From Prorocentrum cordatum (Eukaryota), in the NCBI GenBank assembly GCA_963575745.1, contig CAUYUJ010000092.1, positions 372,001 to 436,000 on the forward strand: 64,000 nucleotides of DNA. Reading direction: 5' to 3'. Below are positions 37,310 through 50,266 of the stretch, one piece after another. The position numbers were made by a program, and so were the translations under genes. Positions within the stretch are counted from its first letter, which is position 1; each line of letters starts with the position of its first letter. The notes below the pieces were generated by a model. That model was not told the DNA's origin and made no database searches. It saw only the letters and a list, made by a program, of their open reading frames with translations.

Positions 37310-37523
37310 TGCCAGTTGCCGGTCCCGTTGTTGCCAGTTGCGAGTCCCGTTGTTGCCAGTTGCGAGTCCCGTTGTTGCCAGTTGCGAGTCCCGTTGTTGC
37401 TAGTTGCGAGTCCCGTCGTTGCCAATTGCGAGTCCCGTTGTTGCCAGTTGCGAGTCCCGTTGTTGAGTTGCGAGTCCCGTTGTTCCAGTTGCGAGTCCCG
37501 TTGTTCAATTGCGAGTCCCGTTG
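37310..37523 (-). repeat. Inverted copy of the 20-22-bp array, ~10 units
   Basis: Reverse complement shows the same order of variant units as 26808-27075. Confidence 0.95.
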
Positions 37524-40500
37524 CCCTTCTCTCAAATATTCTGGTATACACGGGCGGCATATTGCACACAATTGTTGCGGTGTATGTGGGCGATGTGGTG
37601 CACGCGTGCACCGCTTGCGCACGCCACAGCGCCTGTCAACACTACAGCTCTACGGTGCAATGCGCCGCTGGTGTACACCGCGCTGCCTGCGTGCAAAGGA
37701 CAGATAAAATAAATATATACGTCAAGATCTGCTGCGGACAATTCCAAGAATATTCTGAGGATCGCATGCGACGTTTTTCCCTTCCTCCTCCTCCAACTGC
37801 ACCTCCACCTCCTCGTCTTCTTCCTCCTCTTTTTTCCTTCTTATCATTTGTCGTGCGCTTTGGCTTTAAAACGCACGTGCATATCTCAGCGTGTACCACA
37901 GAGTGGTCGGGTGAATCGGTCCATTTGGTTCTCGGACCGCCAGTTGAGCTGGATCGAGTCTGGATAATGCGGGCGAATTCGGGAGGATTCGTAGATTCCA
38001 GCGGCGTTCCCTTGCCCATGATGATTTTTTTCCATTATTTTTTCTGGAATCACACGCGCTCCATTTTGTCACAGGATTCTTTTTTACATTTTATACACAA
38101 CAATGGCGCTGTGTTGCAATGGCTGATGTAGTGCACACAGGCGCCGTGGCGCACACAAGCAGCGCAATGCACGCAAACTAGTTCTGTGTTGCGCACAAGC
38201 GCTGTGGTGTATTCAAGAGCTGGTGTGCCCGCAAAGGCAGTAGCACGAACTGACACTGTGTTGCACGCGGTTGCTGTGGTGTACATCGGTGGCGTAGTGT
38301 ACACAAACGTTGTGGTCGTGGGCACTCTGACGTGCTCAAGCATTGTAGTGCATATCACCAACTACATGTTCGTGTTACCCGTCTTCAGTCATTCCTCCAT
38401 CAACATTTCCAGACGCCGCCGGCGCGAAACGTGACGTCATCGGCTCTCCCCAACATTTGCCGTCGATTTAAAAACAAGCTCAAGCCGCTCCAGCCGCGTC
38501 CGCGGGACGACGACGATGAACATTGAGCGACGAACCACGAACGACGGCGACGACGATGGACGACAACGAAGACGACGTCGACGTTGACGACGACGAACAC
38601 AACGACGACGACGACTACGACGACGCCTGCGGACCAAACACCTACGCGGACACTTACGCGGATCCCGATGTGCACGGCGGCAATGCCCGGAACGCATTGG
38701 GAGGGGGGAGCGTTACGTCATAGGTGAAGGGGCGCGGGGAACGGGGGCTATGACGCCAGTCGTGCTCCAAACAATAAAGAAATGCGCTCCCGGCCGCGCA
38801 AGACAAGAAAGATTTCCCAAAGTCGGATGTTGGGATCGGGCGATGATGATTGGAATGTTTGCGGTATGCGGTGCGGTATATCCTTGTTGTATAACATTTT
38901 CTTATTAACGCGTGAATTCTGGCACTGTTGAAATTGAATTGTTACTGCTGTAATTTATTTATATTGCCTAGATCTATAATTTTCATTTACGAGGCAACCA
39001 TGCACCAAATGCGCTGGGGCAGAAAAAAAAACGATGCAGCAAAAACGCGCAGCAAAAATGATTATGCGCCAAACGCGTCTAAAAGGCCTGGATGCGCGAA
39101 CTGCGCACTGGGAGCGCGTGGGGTACGGGAACAAGAGGACGACAAAAGGCAAACGATTGCACGCCGAAGGCATGCCCGAGGGGGAGGAAATGCCAAATGC
39201 GCGCGCGAGGAGAAGGAAGAAAAGGGGAGGATGATGATAAAACGTATGTTTTATTTGCCCAGACGCGCAAACCATGCAATGCATATCGTAAATATACATT
39301 GCTTTCCACATCCAACTAATTTGGAAACGTCCAACTTGTCTCGGAGCGCGCTCATTACAATTCCCGAACAAACGAACCAAAAATAACTAATGAACAACAA
39401 TTCGACTGCCCCCCTCTTTTAGTATCCCCCGCGCACATTTGCAAAATATCATAACCAATATGAGATTCTCAAATTGAAACGTTGGTGTTGCCACACGTAG
39501 CGCGCAAATGTTAGGTTACCAGCTAATTTCCCCAAATAGCTGCAGTTGAGAATGCAATAATTGCGATGTGATAGAGCCATCACACAAAACACGTTTGCGC
39601 AATGCCAGAATTTTACGGCTTCTCTTTGTGATTCATGCCCACCATCCTTGTCGCAGAATTTATTGATTGTCACACATATATATTTTTAATGATTGTCATG
39701 GGACGCGTTTGATGGAATGCAGAATTTTCCAACGGATATGACCATCGCTTCCACACTAATTGAATCAAACGCTTTCTTCCAAATCAGCTCGACGAATGTT
39801 GACCCACATTATTTTTTATGTCTGCGACGGTCGCCGACGACGGCCGGGACCATCTGGACGGGAAGGATGGCCACGAACCATTGGCCACCGATGTGTGGCT
39901 TGATGGGTAGGTCGTTCTTCCTCCTCCTCCTCCTCCTCCTGGCCCTGCTGAGCCTTGAGTTGGGGCTCCTCTGGCACAGCTGTTGTCTCACCCCAATTGG
40001 GTTTCACAATTGGCGCTTGCTGGAATGTGCGTGGGCGCTGCGGCGAGCAAAACAAAAAATGGCATGTATCGCATTTGTTGTGCCATGCTCCCTGCAAAAA
40101 CCAAATTGCGTTGCATCGAAACGGCCTCCCAAACAAGCGTTTCAAAATAAAATTGCCTCTATTTTGCATACCGTGCAAAGTGATTAATCTATAGTTGTCG
40201 GAAATGTGCACCAGCTATATATATATATATGCACACACATATATATGTATATATATATATATATAGAGCTTATCAACAAGCGCCCCCAAGCTTGAGGAAC
40301 AACTTCTCTTGGCAAATATGCGTTGCACGAATTCGTAAACCATTCTACATCTCCGGATGTGTAAGCCGCTGCTATTCAAGTTTCTGCTGGAAAATCGTTT
40401 GCTCCAGCGCCTCGCTCAATTTGAGAGTTTGATCAAATTTCCCAACCTCTCGCGCTGTGAATGCAGCTTCGGAAACTAACGATGCAAACGCCAGAAACTC

Positions 40501-40629
40501 TCTTGGTAGTATGTATGTTGGTCGTATTCTTCTCTCCATTGCATTATTAATTATTCTCGTTGCATTTGATATCCGTACTCTCGCAAATACCACTGATATT
40601 ATGTTGCGCAAAATGTCTGGAGCTTTAAC

Positions 40630-41370
40630 TATTTTGCTCCGCGTCGCCCCCCCTTCGCCTTTCCCCTATCCCGCGCCCCCAACGCCATGCAGAATGGACC
40701 CCCTGCCCCGCGGCTCTTTGCCAGGAGCCGCCCTCCCGCGTCCCCAGCGCCCAACCGGGGGTGCCCACTGCCCCTTCCGCCGCGAACGCTTTATTCCGCG
40801 TCGCACCCCCTCTCATTCCCGCGCCCCCAACGCCAAAATGACAACCCCACGCCGCACTCTCCCCGAAGCCCACCCGGAAACCCGCCCACTGCTTTCTCCG
40901 CCACGAATGCTTTATTCCGCGTCGCATCCCCCCCCGCGTCCTCAGCGCCAGAGTGGGACCCCCTCGCCGTGGCTCTCTGCTCCGAGCCCCCCCGCGTCCA
41001 CAACGCACCAGCGGGAGCCCCGTCCACTGCTCCCTCCGCCACGAACGCTTTATTCCGCGTCGCGACTGACCCCCGACGCTTCAGTGGGGGGGGGCTCCGC
41101 CCCTTGCCCCATCAACCCCGACAGTTTTTTTTCTGCATCGCGACGCACGCCGCCTCCCCCCTCACCCCCCAGCGCCCCAATTGGATCCCCGCCCCGTAGC
41201 GCTCTGCCCTAAGCCCCGCCCGATGCCCCCCGTCCGCCCCGACCATCTTATTCCACGTCGCGACGCCCCCCCCCCCTCTCCCCTCTCCGCGCCCCCAACG
41301 CCCCAATGGGACCTCCGTTCCGTGCCCCCTCCGCTCCGAGCACTTCGTTCCGCGTCGCGACGCACGCCAC
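40630..41370. repeat. Degenerate ~85-150-bp tandem repeat with conserved core (CGAACGCTT)TATTCCGCGTCGC and C-rich linkers, ~7 units
   Basis: Core seen at ~40635, 40785, 40905, 41042, 41130, 41247 and 41345. Confidence 0.8.
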
Positions 41371-42699
41371 CTCCCTCCTCTCCCCCCTCCCCACCTGGGA
41401 TTTGGGCACTGTTGCTGGGCCCTGAGGGGCGATGTCTTGCCCTCTCTTCCCCCCTCCTCCTCCTCCTCCCTCTTCTTTTTTTGTGCAAGAGCCATGGCGC
41501 ACGTGCCACTTGCTTGGTATCGTTGAAATGCGACCGGTCAGTCGTTTGCCGCGTAATCGCGGCAATGCGCGGCATGGTGCACACCGCCGCTAAAATGTGC
41601 GTTTGTAGCACCGTGGGCGAACCGGAAAATTGCAAGTGGTTATGTAGCTGTCGCCCGCGCTTGAAATTAAGGAAAAAACCGAAACGCTCGACCGTCGGTA
41701 GGAGCCCAAAACTCCCGTTGCCAATTATTTGGTGAATTCGTGTTGGATGCTTCCCGGCGGTGCTTGCTGACGTCGTGGTGTCGTAGAAAAACCTCAGGAC
41801 AACATGATGCTCATGCGGCAAAACTGCCACAATAGTGGTCTTGCGTGCGCATCAACTCTAAAGTCCTGCAGATATGGCCAAACGCCTTCAGTCCATAATC
41901 TGGATCAACATCTGAGGGTCGATGTTCGGTATTTCTAAATCTTGGACAAAAGCTCGTTCCCTGGTTCGCGCGCCCGTTTCTCGCAAAACCCGTGCCCATA
42001 TCCGTTCCAAAAAGATCGAGGTTTAGCCTGAGCGCGGGCACGTGTCTGCGTAGTCACCGAGCATATCCACAAAATGCTGGCTTTTTTTCGTGAACGTCGG
42101 CCACTTGAAAGCGGCAACAACCACCGTAACGTTTTGCGAATTGCAACTTCAATGGGGCTAATGTGCATACGATATCCGATGGCTCAGTCCGTAACCGCGC
42201 ACTTGCCAGTTCACCATTCTGCGATAATAGAAACATTTTCTGCCCAGCACAAATTGATTGTAGCACTTGTTCCAAACACATTGTTCAATATGGGAGCTGC
42301 TATTCTCCAATTAAGCTTGCCGTATAGGAGTCCGAGCTCGAACCTTACTAATTGGTCCGTTGCCCCTCCCCCTAATTCCTATGCCCCCTTAATTCCTATG
42401 GCTATGTCTCTGCCTCCACCAATAACTCCTATGCCTACCTATGCTTCTATGCCTATGGACCACCTCTCGCTTGCTTGCTCTTGCTTGCCCTTGCTTGCAC
42501 TTGATTGCTGGCTCTTGCTTGCTTGTTATTGCTCGCGTGCGCTTGCTTGCTTCCGCTTGCTTGCTTGCGCTTGCTTGATTTTGCTCCTCCCATCCTGCTC
42601 CCGTCCTCCTTTCGTCCTCCTCCCATCCTCCTCTCGTCCTCCTCCTGTCCTCCTATCCATTTCGAGTCAACGCTGGCTGATATTGTTTGCGTTGCCATC

Positions 42700-43130
42700 C
42701 TTGTTTGAAGTCCGCTGCGGTTGGCCTTATGCGTCTGTGGTTTGCTCGCTGCTTGGCGTGCTCGGTCAAGTAGGTGCCCCCATTCACCGGAATCGAAGAT
42801 GCGTCTTGGAAAATCCTGCTCTCCTATTTTCCCTCCTTGCGTGGTTTGGTAAATATGCGAGGCGGCAGGAGAAGACATAAGATCTACGCCCGGATACAAT
42901 TCACTTTGCCATCGTCATTTCTGTCCCAACGCAAATGTGTCCGCTCCATTCCAACTAAGCATCGGAATAAGAACGATACGCAGAAAAAAAGACTCGGATG
43001 TATTTTAGGATCGATTTGAGTGGCTTCAGATGTACGTAGATTTCATCTTTGATGTCCACAGCGTCGATGTGTCTCCATCCGGTCGGAACCCGTGCAATGC
43101 CTGCCCCCCCACCCCGCCATGTGCGAGGTA
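42700..43130 (-). mobile_element. CRE-like fragment, copy D (region N-terminal to the RT core)
   Basis: GIARVPTGWRHIDAVDIKDEI and QTTQGGKIGEQDFPRRIFDSGEWGHLLDRARQ match copies B and C (GVARLPDGWRHIDAVDI; HTTTHGGKSGERMLRRRIALFDSGDWDKLL). Confidence 0.85.
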
Positions 43131-44700
43131 TTTAATAAACGGAACACATGTTTCAAAGAGCCGGAAAAATAATAAAGCAAGACATGACCTTTCTAAACCC
43201 GCCATACATTTATGTTAACTTGCCCTGAACGTCTCTAAACCTGCCCAAAAAACAATCCCAAACCCTGGTGCACGTATCTGAGCCAGCCTTTGGCGATTTT
43301 TCAATTTGTCGAACTCCGCCTTACATCTAAAACATGTTAAATTTGTCCAAGCACGCCCTAGATCTATCTAAAACCTTTCGAGGCCTATCTGCCCTATAAG
43401 CTTCTATTTGCCACCTGAACCTTTCTAAACCCGAGTCTATTTTGAATGAGTGCACGTTCTTGCTGAATAAGCCAATCAATAATATCGTGAAGGCCACGAA
43501 GGTTCAGATAATTAAGAATACCACGGGGGCTAACAATGAACCCGTGTCATAAGGATGCAAATGGCCTTGGCGGGCCAAACTGACGTTTTCCGAGCGACGT
43601 TGGCCAGCGAAAGTCGCTAAGGATGGGCAGACGGGGCAAACATGCAAGACTACCCTTGGGAACGTTGCCCATCCTTACCATGCGGGCTGACTGTAGGAAA
43701 GCCGAGAAGGTTATTAACCCTTCAAGAAGGTCATGGAGCCCAAGAAGATTCGGAGGACCAGCGCGGTGCGGTCGCACCCTTTGTGTATTTCCCTGAAAGC
43801 GCCCCAACCCCACGCTGTCGTAGACTGGGCAGGGACAAAAGGGACAAACGAAGGCGTGATTAATACATTGGGAACGGCTCCAGGCATAAAAGGCAAGGGC
43901 GGAATATTGGAACAGTCAAGGGGATCCAATAAAGAAAACGATTGCAAAAAATGCAAGAAAGTAGGTGTGGCACTACGGCGACCGTGGGAATTTACAGGGA
44001 TGGGGGAAGCATGTGGCGAAACATTCGAAGGGAGAGATCGAAGAGAACATATGATGCGAATCGTCGCCGCATTTTGTCCGAATTGTAAAATGGCGACCCA
44101 CGGAATGAGATGTGAACGGCCGATTTCTCCAAAGTTGAGGGCCGAAATTCTGACTAAAACCCTACGTGTTGATAGGCGAGCACGCGTGCCACGGCGTGCC
44201 CAATACCTCCCCAAATTGCCCATGGCAGCAGCCCCCTGTCTGGACGATGTGAAGATAAAAGACACTTCGCGCAAGACGCATTTACTTGTTTTTCGCGCTA
44301 CGTTGCGGCCCGACTCACGAAACCAACGCGACAGCGGGGAGCATAACGCAAAAAAACATCATAATTGAAAAGTGGGAGCGAAATTGCGCCTGGCACCTAC
44401 TCGCGCCAACCCTGCGCCAATCCCGCGAAACCACCATGCTAACGTTCGTCGGACCAGCCCTATACACGCCTTGACATTGCTGAACGCGCGTGCGGACTGA
44501 TCTGCCGCAGTGCGGCGTCACGGTGTAGCCGAATGCCACATGCCGTAGATTGTCTTGTAAGGTTGTCCTTGTCCTCCTCCTCCTCTTCTTCCCCCTCTTC
44601 GTCCTTTTCCTCCTACTCTTCCTCTTGCTCCTCTTCCTTCTTTTCCTGATTTTCCTGTTCCTGCTCCTCCTCCTCCTCTTCTTCCTTCTCTTCCTCCTTT

Positions 44701-44732
<32 letters not shown>

Positions 44733-44789
44733 CTGCTGCTCCTCTTTTCTGGGGCTGCTTAGCCTGCCACCGACCGACTAGCCTTATCC

Positions 44790-45160
44790 TTGAAGCGGTA
44801 TTACGTGATACATACGAATGCTCGATTGTATAACGACCGGTGGTTGCCCGCACAGCTCGCCCACGACCCCCCTTGATCCCAAATCTGCGGCAAGCGCAGG
44901 CAGTGCGGAATCCTGGGGCCCCAAACCACCACCAGATCGCATTGGATAGCAAGCTGGCTTGCGCGACCCACGCACGTGTCGCAATGGATACCATGTAGAT
45001 CCGGGTCCCACGTGTCTGGATCACCTGTGCCGACGACTTGCCGGAACGTATCGGGCACGTTCTCGTCGTGAATCCCACCAGCTCGTCAGGATGCAGCGGG
45101 TCGCGTGGTGCGCAAGAAGTGATTCAATCTCGGCGCTGCGCAGAAGTATAACACCAGCCG
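44790..45160 (-). mobile_element. CRE-like fragment, copy E (thumb region)
   Basis: LVLYFCAAPRLNHFLRTT...HDENVPDTFRQVVGTGDPDTWDPDLHGIH matches copy C LLLYFCAVPRLNHLLRTT...HDANVLDTFRQLFGICGPDEWGPDLHDVH. Confidence 0.9.
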
Positions 45161-45589
45161 CTCCGCTCGCGACGTCCAGCGCGGCCGCCTCGCTGCGGGC
45201 CGATGCTGGGACTGGCCCGCCCGGCCCGTTCGCGCCATTTGGCCCTTCACGGAAGCACAGCATTGGGTGGACAGGTACTGCTGCAGCCCACAGCGCAAGT
45301 CCTGCGATGCGGATGATGATGATGCTGATGATGACGATGATGATGATGATGAGGAGGAGGAGGAGAAGGAGGAGGAGGAGGGGGAAGACCAGGAGGAAGA
45401 GGAGGCGGAAGAGGAGGAGGGGGAGGAGGAGAAGGAGAGGGATGAGGATGAAAGGACCCGCTCCCTGAGGCGCACCGAATCGTCCCGCCTGGCGCCGTCG
45501 TCGGGGATGGCGGCACCCCAACTCAGTGTGCCAGAGCCCTGGCTCCTGCACACCTCGTCGCAGACAGGCGCATTCGGCGACTCCGATGT

Positions 45590-46680
45590 AATGGGGGAAC
45601 AGATCACGAGCTCGCAGTTGGTTGAAACTAGTCAGCACTAAAGCAGCAGCAACAGCAGCCGAGTGTGATTCGTCCACGCAAGAAAAGTCTCGGGAATAGA
45701 ATTCGAAACATGCCCTAGGGTCACAATTACCCCTCCAGTCGGGAAGAGAAGGGGGGAGACACCTCACGACGGGAACAACATGAGGACAACTCCAATAATG
45801 GAGGATATCGTCGGTCCCACCGCACCTGGATCTACATTTCTTACACGCTTGACGATAACGACGGGAGGTGTTCATAGCATTACATATACAACGAAGAATT
45901 CCGAGGCCAATGTGGCAAGGGTATTTCTGTCCCAACATGCGAACACGGAGCACAACAATAGATATCTGAGGAGCAGTGACTGCGGGATTCCAATATCTGA
46001 GACGGGCACTTATGTTCTCCGGCGGGTCTTCAAACGGGAACAACTCGAGGAAAACTGTCTTCAGCCCGTGCTGGATCTTTGGACGCTCCACGACACTTTG
46101 CTACCACGGACGATTTTGAACGGCCCTGGGCAAATTCCAAGCGAAACTGTACATGACTATCATCAGCTTCAACGGTGACCGAAGATACAACCGATTGAGC
46201 TTCCACTCAAAGATCAGATCATCTCCTTCCGGAACCTCCTCAACTTCCTACTTACATTCCCGAAGATTAAATGACCTCGCAGCATTCCTACACAGTGCCG
46301 CTCGCCCTTCGTGCCAGAGAGACCTCCCACTCCAGCTTTTTGGCAACATGTCCTTCAACTGCAGCAAAACAGAGTTCGGGATGGCATATCTCGAGCACGC
46401 TGTCAAAATCTGGAGGCCATCATGTTTAGCATCGCTGGCTACTTTCGGATGTCCAAGAACGAGGCTACCAACATCAGCACACATATGGCTATCGAGTTGT
46501 AGGACATCGAAACTAGGTGAAGGCCTCCAGCAAGTGAGCGGATGAACCTGCATCGATCGAAATATTTCGCAATCGGCCTTGTCCATGAACGTTCCACACA
46601 CACACTGGTCGCCGATATGGATACCGGGATACTTCCCCCAATTCTGGATGGCAATATTGTTTACCGTTATCCCGTTGTCC
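45590..46680 (-). mobile_element. 5'-truncated LINE ORF2 3' fragment, related to 7330-8425
   Basis: WGKYPGIHIG (RT KYLG motif), IRSLAGGLHLVSMSYNSIAICVL, and ILRCICNAMNTSRRY...CRSRCGGTDDILHYWSCP knuckle. Frameshifted. Confidence 0.75.
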
Positions 46681-47856
46681 TTAAACCTCTTAAGGAGAAT
46701 GAGGATGAGAATGAGGATGATGATGAAAATGAAAATGGGGATGAGGATCAAGCTGAGAAGGAGGAGGAGGAGGAGGAGGAGGAGGGGGAGGAGGAGGAGG
46801 AGGAGGAGGAGGAGGAGGAGGGGGGGGGGATGAGGGAAGAGAGGAAGGGCAGGATAAGACGGATGAGAAAAACGAGGAGGAAGCTGAGGAGGAGGCCCTT
46901 GGCCTCCGTACCAATTCAGTCTCAAGCCAGCCTGGCCGAACCATGTTGGCAGAAGGGAAGCCAGCAGCATCCCCATCCCGGTGCGTTCACACGCTTCTTT
47001 TCCGAGGATGTCCGTAGCTATATGATGTTGTTGCGTCGTGGCAACCTTGGCTTATTCTCCACATGCTGCTTGGGATGCGAAGGTGATACCGTTTCTCAAT
47101 CCGCGATCTGAAACGTAACACCACCCTCTAATTCGGAAACCGATCGTACGATTGGGAACCGTAGCGCGCGTGTGGTCTTTCTTCGGCAAGGCCAACCCAA
47201 ATACGTCTCAGAAAAAACATATTGTGTATCCGCCGGGGCAAGTGTACCAGGATATCAAATGTGCATCATCTGGCGTTCAAAATCTTGAGAATGACTGCGG
47301 CTCAATGCCATGCGAAACATATGGGCTTCCGTGCTGTGAGGTCATCGGGCTGGAGCGTCCAACTCGCATGGATAACGAATGCAAAAATGAAGATTCCGCT
47401 GACCTGGCTTTCTTCGTGTGACAAAAGCTCTAAGGTCTCAAGGGTGTCCTGCCACGTCTCGGCCCTTCAGCGGAAACAGCCGGCAACCCCCCATTACAAG
47501 CAGACAAGCGCACGTATGAGGGAGGGGAAGGAAGAGGAACGCAGCCGAGTTTGATTGGAGAGGGCACGCGAGAGGCTCCGAGGGCTACATGGACATGGGA
47601 AGTTGCCAGGGTCGACCTACCAATGAAATCCAACTATACGGCGGCCCCGAGGACAATCCGCCTGGGCGATGGTCGGCCCGCCCAATTCTGCGCGGATCCC
47701 CAGACCTGTTCGCTCCGCGCGCGGGGAACGTCGACAAAAACTGCAGCGGACGAGGATGAGAAGGGGAGGGAGGACTGCGAGGATGATGGAACTAACAACG
47801 AACGCGAAGCAGAAGGAGGGAGGGAATGATCAACCGACCACCACCACCGCCGCCAG

Positions 47857-48620
<764 letters not shown>

Positions 48621-49386
48621 ATCATTTAAGCACGTGGGGACACTCCGTTCTCACCAGTGCCAGGGTTTTCATAGGAGGCGGGCAATACCCCCACTTTGTG
48701 GGGGGGCCGGTTCAAGCTCTACCAAATTTCCAAACGACTCTTCGCCACCACCCACACCCAGCTTCCCGCCCTATGACGTTCGGACACTTCACTTCGTGGC
48801 ATGCGGACGACCGTGGCTACTATTCAGGGCCCCGCGGCCGACGACGACGGCGTGCGCGCGCGAAGAAAAAACGAATGTGTCCCGCATGGTATTATTTGAC
48901 AGGGATGATGGCCCTGGCAGGTGCGCAACCGTTGTCGCAGAAGTTCGAAAAAGTTGCTCGCAAAAGCCCGTTTGACAGAAATGTTTAAAAAGTGTTGGGT
49001 TTCCTACGAATCCGCAAGAGCGCGCGGGATGAGATTTTGACATTTTTTTGTTGAAAAACCATTGGTTTTTTGATGTTTTTATGTTAAAATCGCTCCGAAC
49101 ACTAAGCTTTTGGAAGGATTTCGTCTTGCGCGCGCGAATGTCCACTTTACCTTATTTTTTGCAAGGGATTCTTGAAATTTGATTATATTAGAACAAGAAA
49201 TGTCATTTTATAGTGTTTTTTGCAAGGGAAAACGGATTACAACAAAACAGCCGGATCTGGATCACATCGTTTTACCTGAGGCTTCCTCACGAAAATGATG
49301 AAAATGTAGCTGCGGCCTAGGCGGCGCAGGGGGGGCGTGCACCAGGGGGCCCAACAATAATTATTCTTTAAAAGTAATAATATTCA

Positions 49387-49397
49387 ACTACTACTAG

Positions 49398-49430
<33 letters not shown>

Positions 49431-49740
49431 CACTACCACTACCACTACCACTACCACTACCACTACCACTACCACTTACCACTACCACTACCACTACCAC
49501 TACCACTACCACTACCACTACATTACCACTAGGGCGTTGGACACGAATACCCTGGATAAAAATAGGAATCCAATGCATGGAAGCTGAACACCAATTGGCC
49601 ATGGATATTGACGCCGCCCTCATCAGATAAAGAATCCTCCAGGTTCTGAAACCACCCAGGCGCATTCCTGAACGAACGCCCCAACCGTACGTTTACCACT
49701 ACCACTACCACTACCACTACCACTACCACTACCACTACCG
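49387..49740. repeat. (CTA)n grading into (CCACTA)n, split by a ~165-nt unique insert (~49531-49694)
   Basis: Hexamer tracts are visible on both sides of the insert. Confidence 0.85.
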
Positions 49741-50266
49741 TTTTCATATTAACCGGCTCTGCCATTACCACTGCCGCCGCAACGCTGGCACCGCCACCAC
49801 CACGCCCCGATGCAAGAGGGAAGCGGGAAGGAGGGAGGAAGAAGGGAGGACCGAGGAACGACGAGGGAGGTGGAAACAGGAAGCCTGGAGGAGGGAGATA
49901 GCAGGGAACACCAAGGAGGAACGGCGCAGGGACGAAAGCGGGCGAAAAGGGAGAGGACGGAGGCGCGGGGAAGGAGGACGCGAAGGAACTAGGTCGTAGG
50001 AGGAGGGGGATGGTGAGCGGCCGCGGAGGACGGGAGGGAGGGAGGGAGGGAGGGAGGAGGAGGAGGACGGAGAAAGAAACACTCCGTGGGGGCCAAGTTC
50101 GTCCATTAGCTAGACAGTCAGAGGCCCAGAGGCTATCCTCAGATTGAGGATCCAAAACGCCTGGGGACGCTGGCCCCAAAGCTGCACCGAAATCTGGTGC
50201 ACTGCCCGAGGCACTAAACCCGAGCACGAGTTACCCGAGTCTAGGCCAGCGGACTCCTCTGCACAA

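Noticed and set aside
40280..42340. Possible additional very decayed RT/RLE element on the minus strand
   Set aside because: Only vague echoes (GNGSFGLL, EFLAFAS); no catalytic motif readable by eye.
43550..44280. Possible AP-endonuclease remnant (VRISALNFG, minus strand)
   Set aside because: Only one loose motif; no readable QE, GDFN or SDH motifs.
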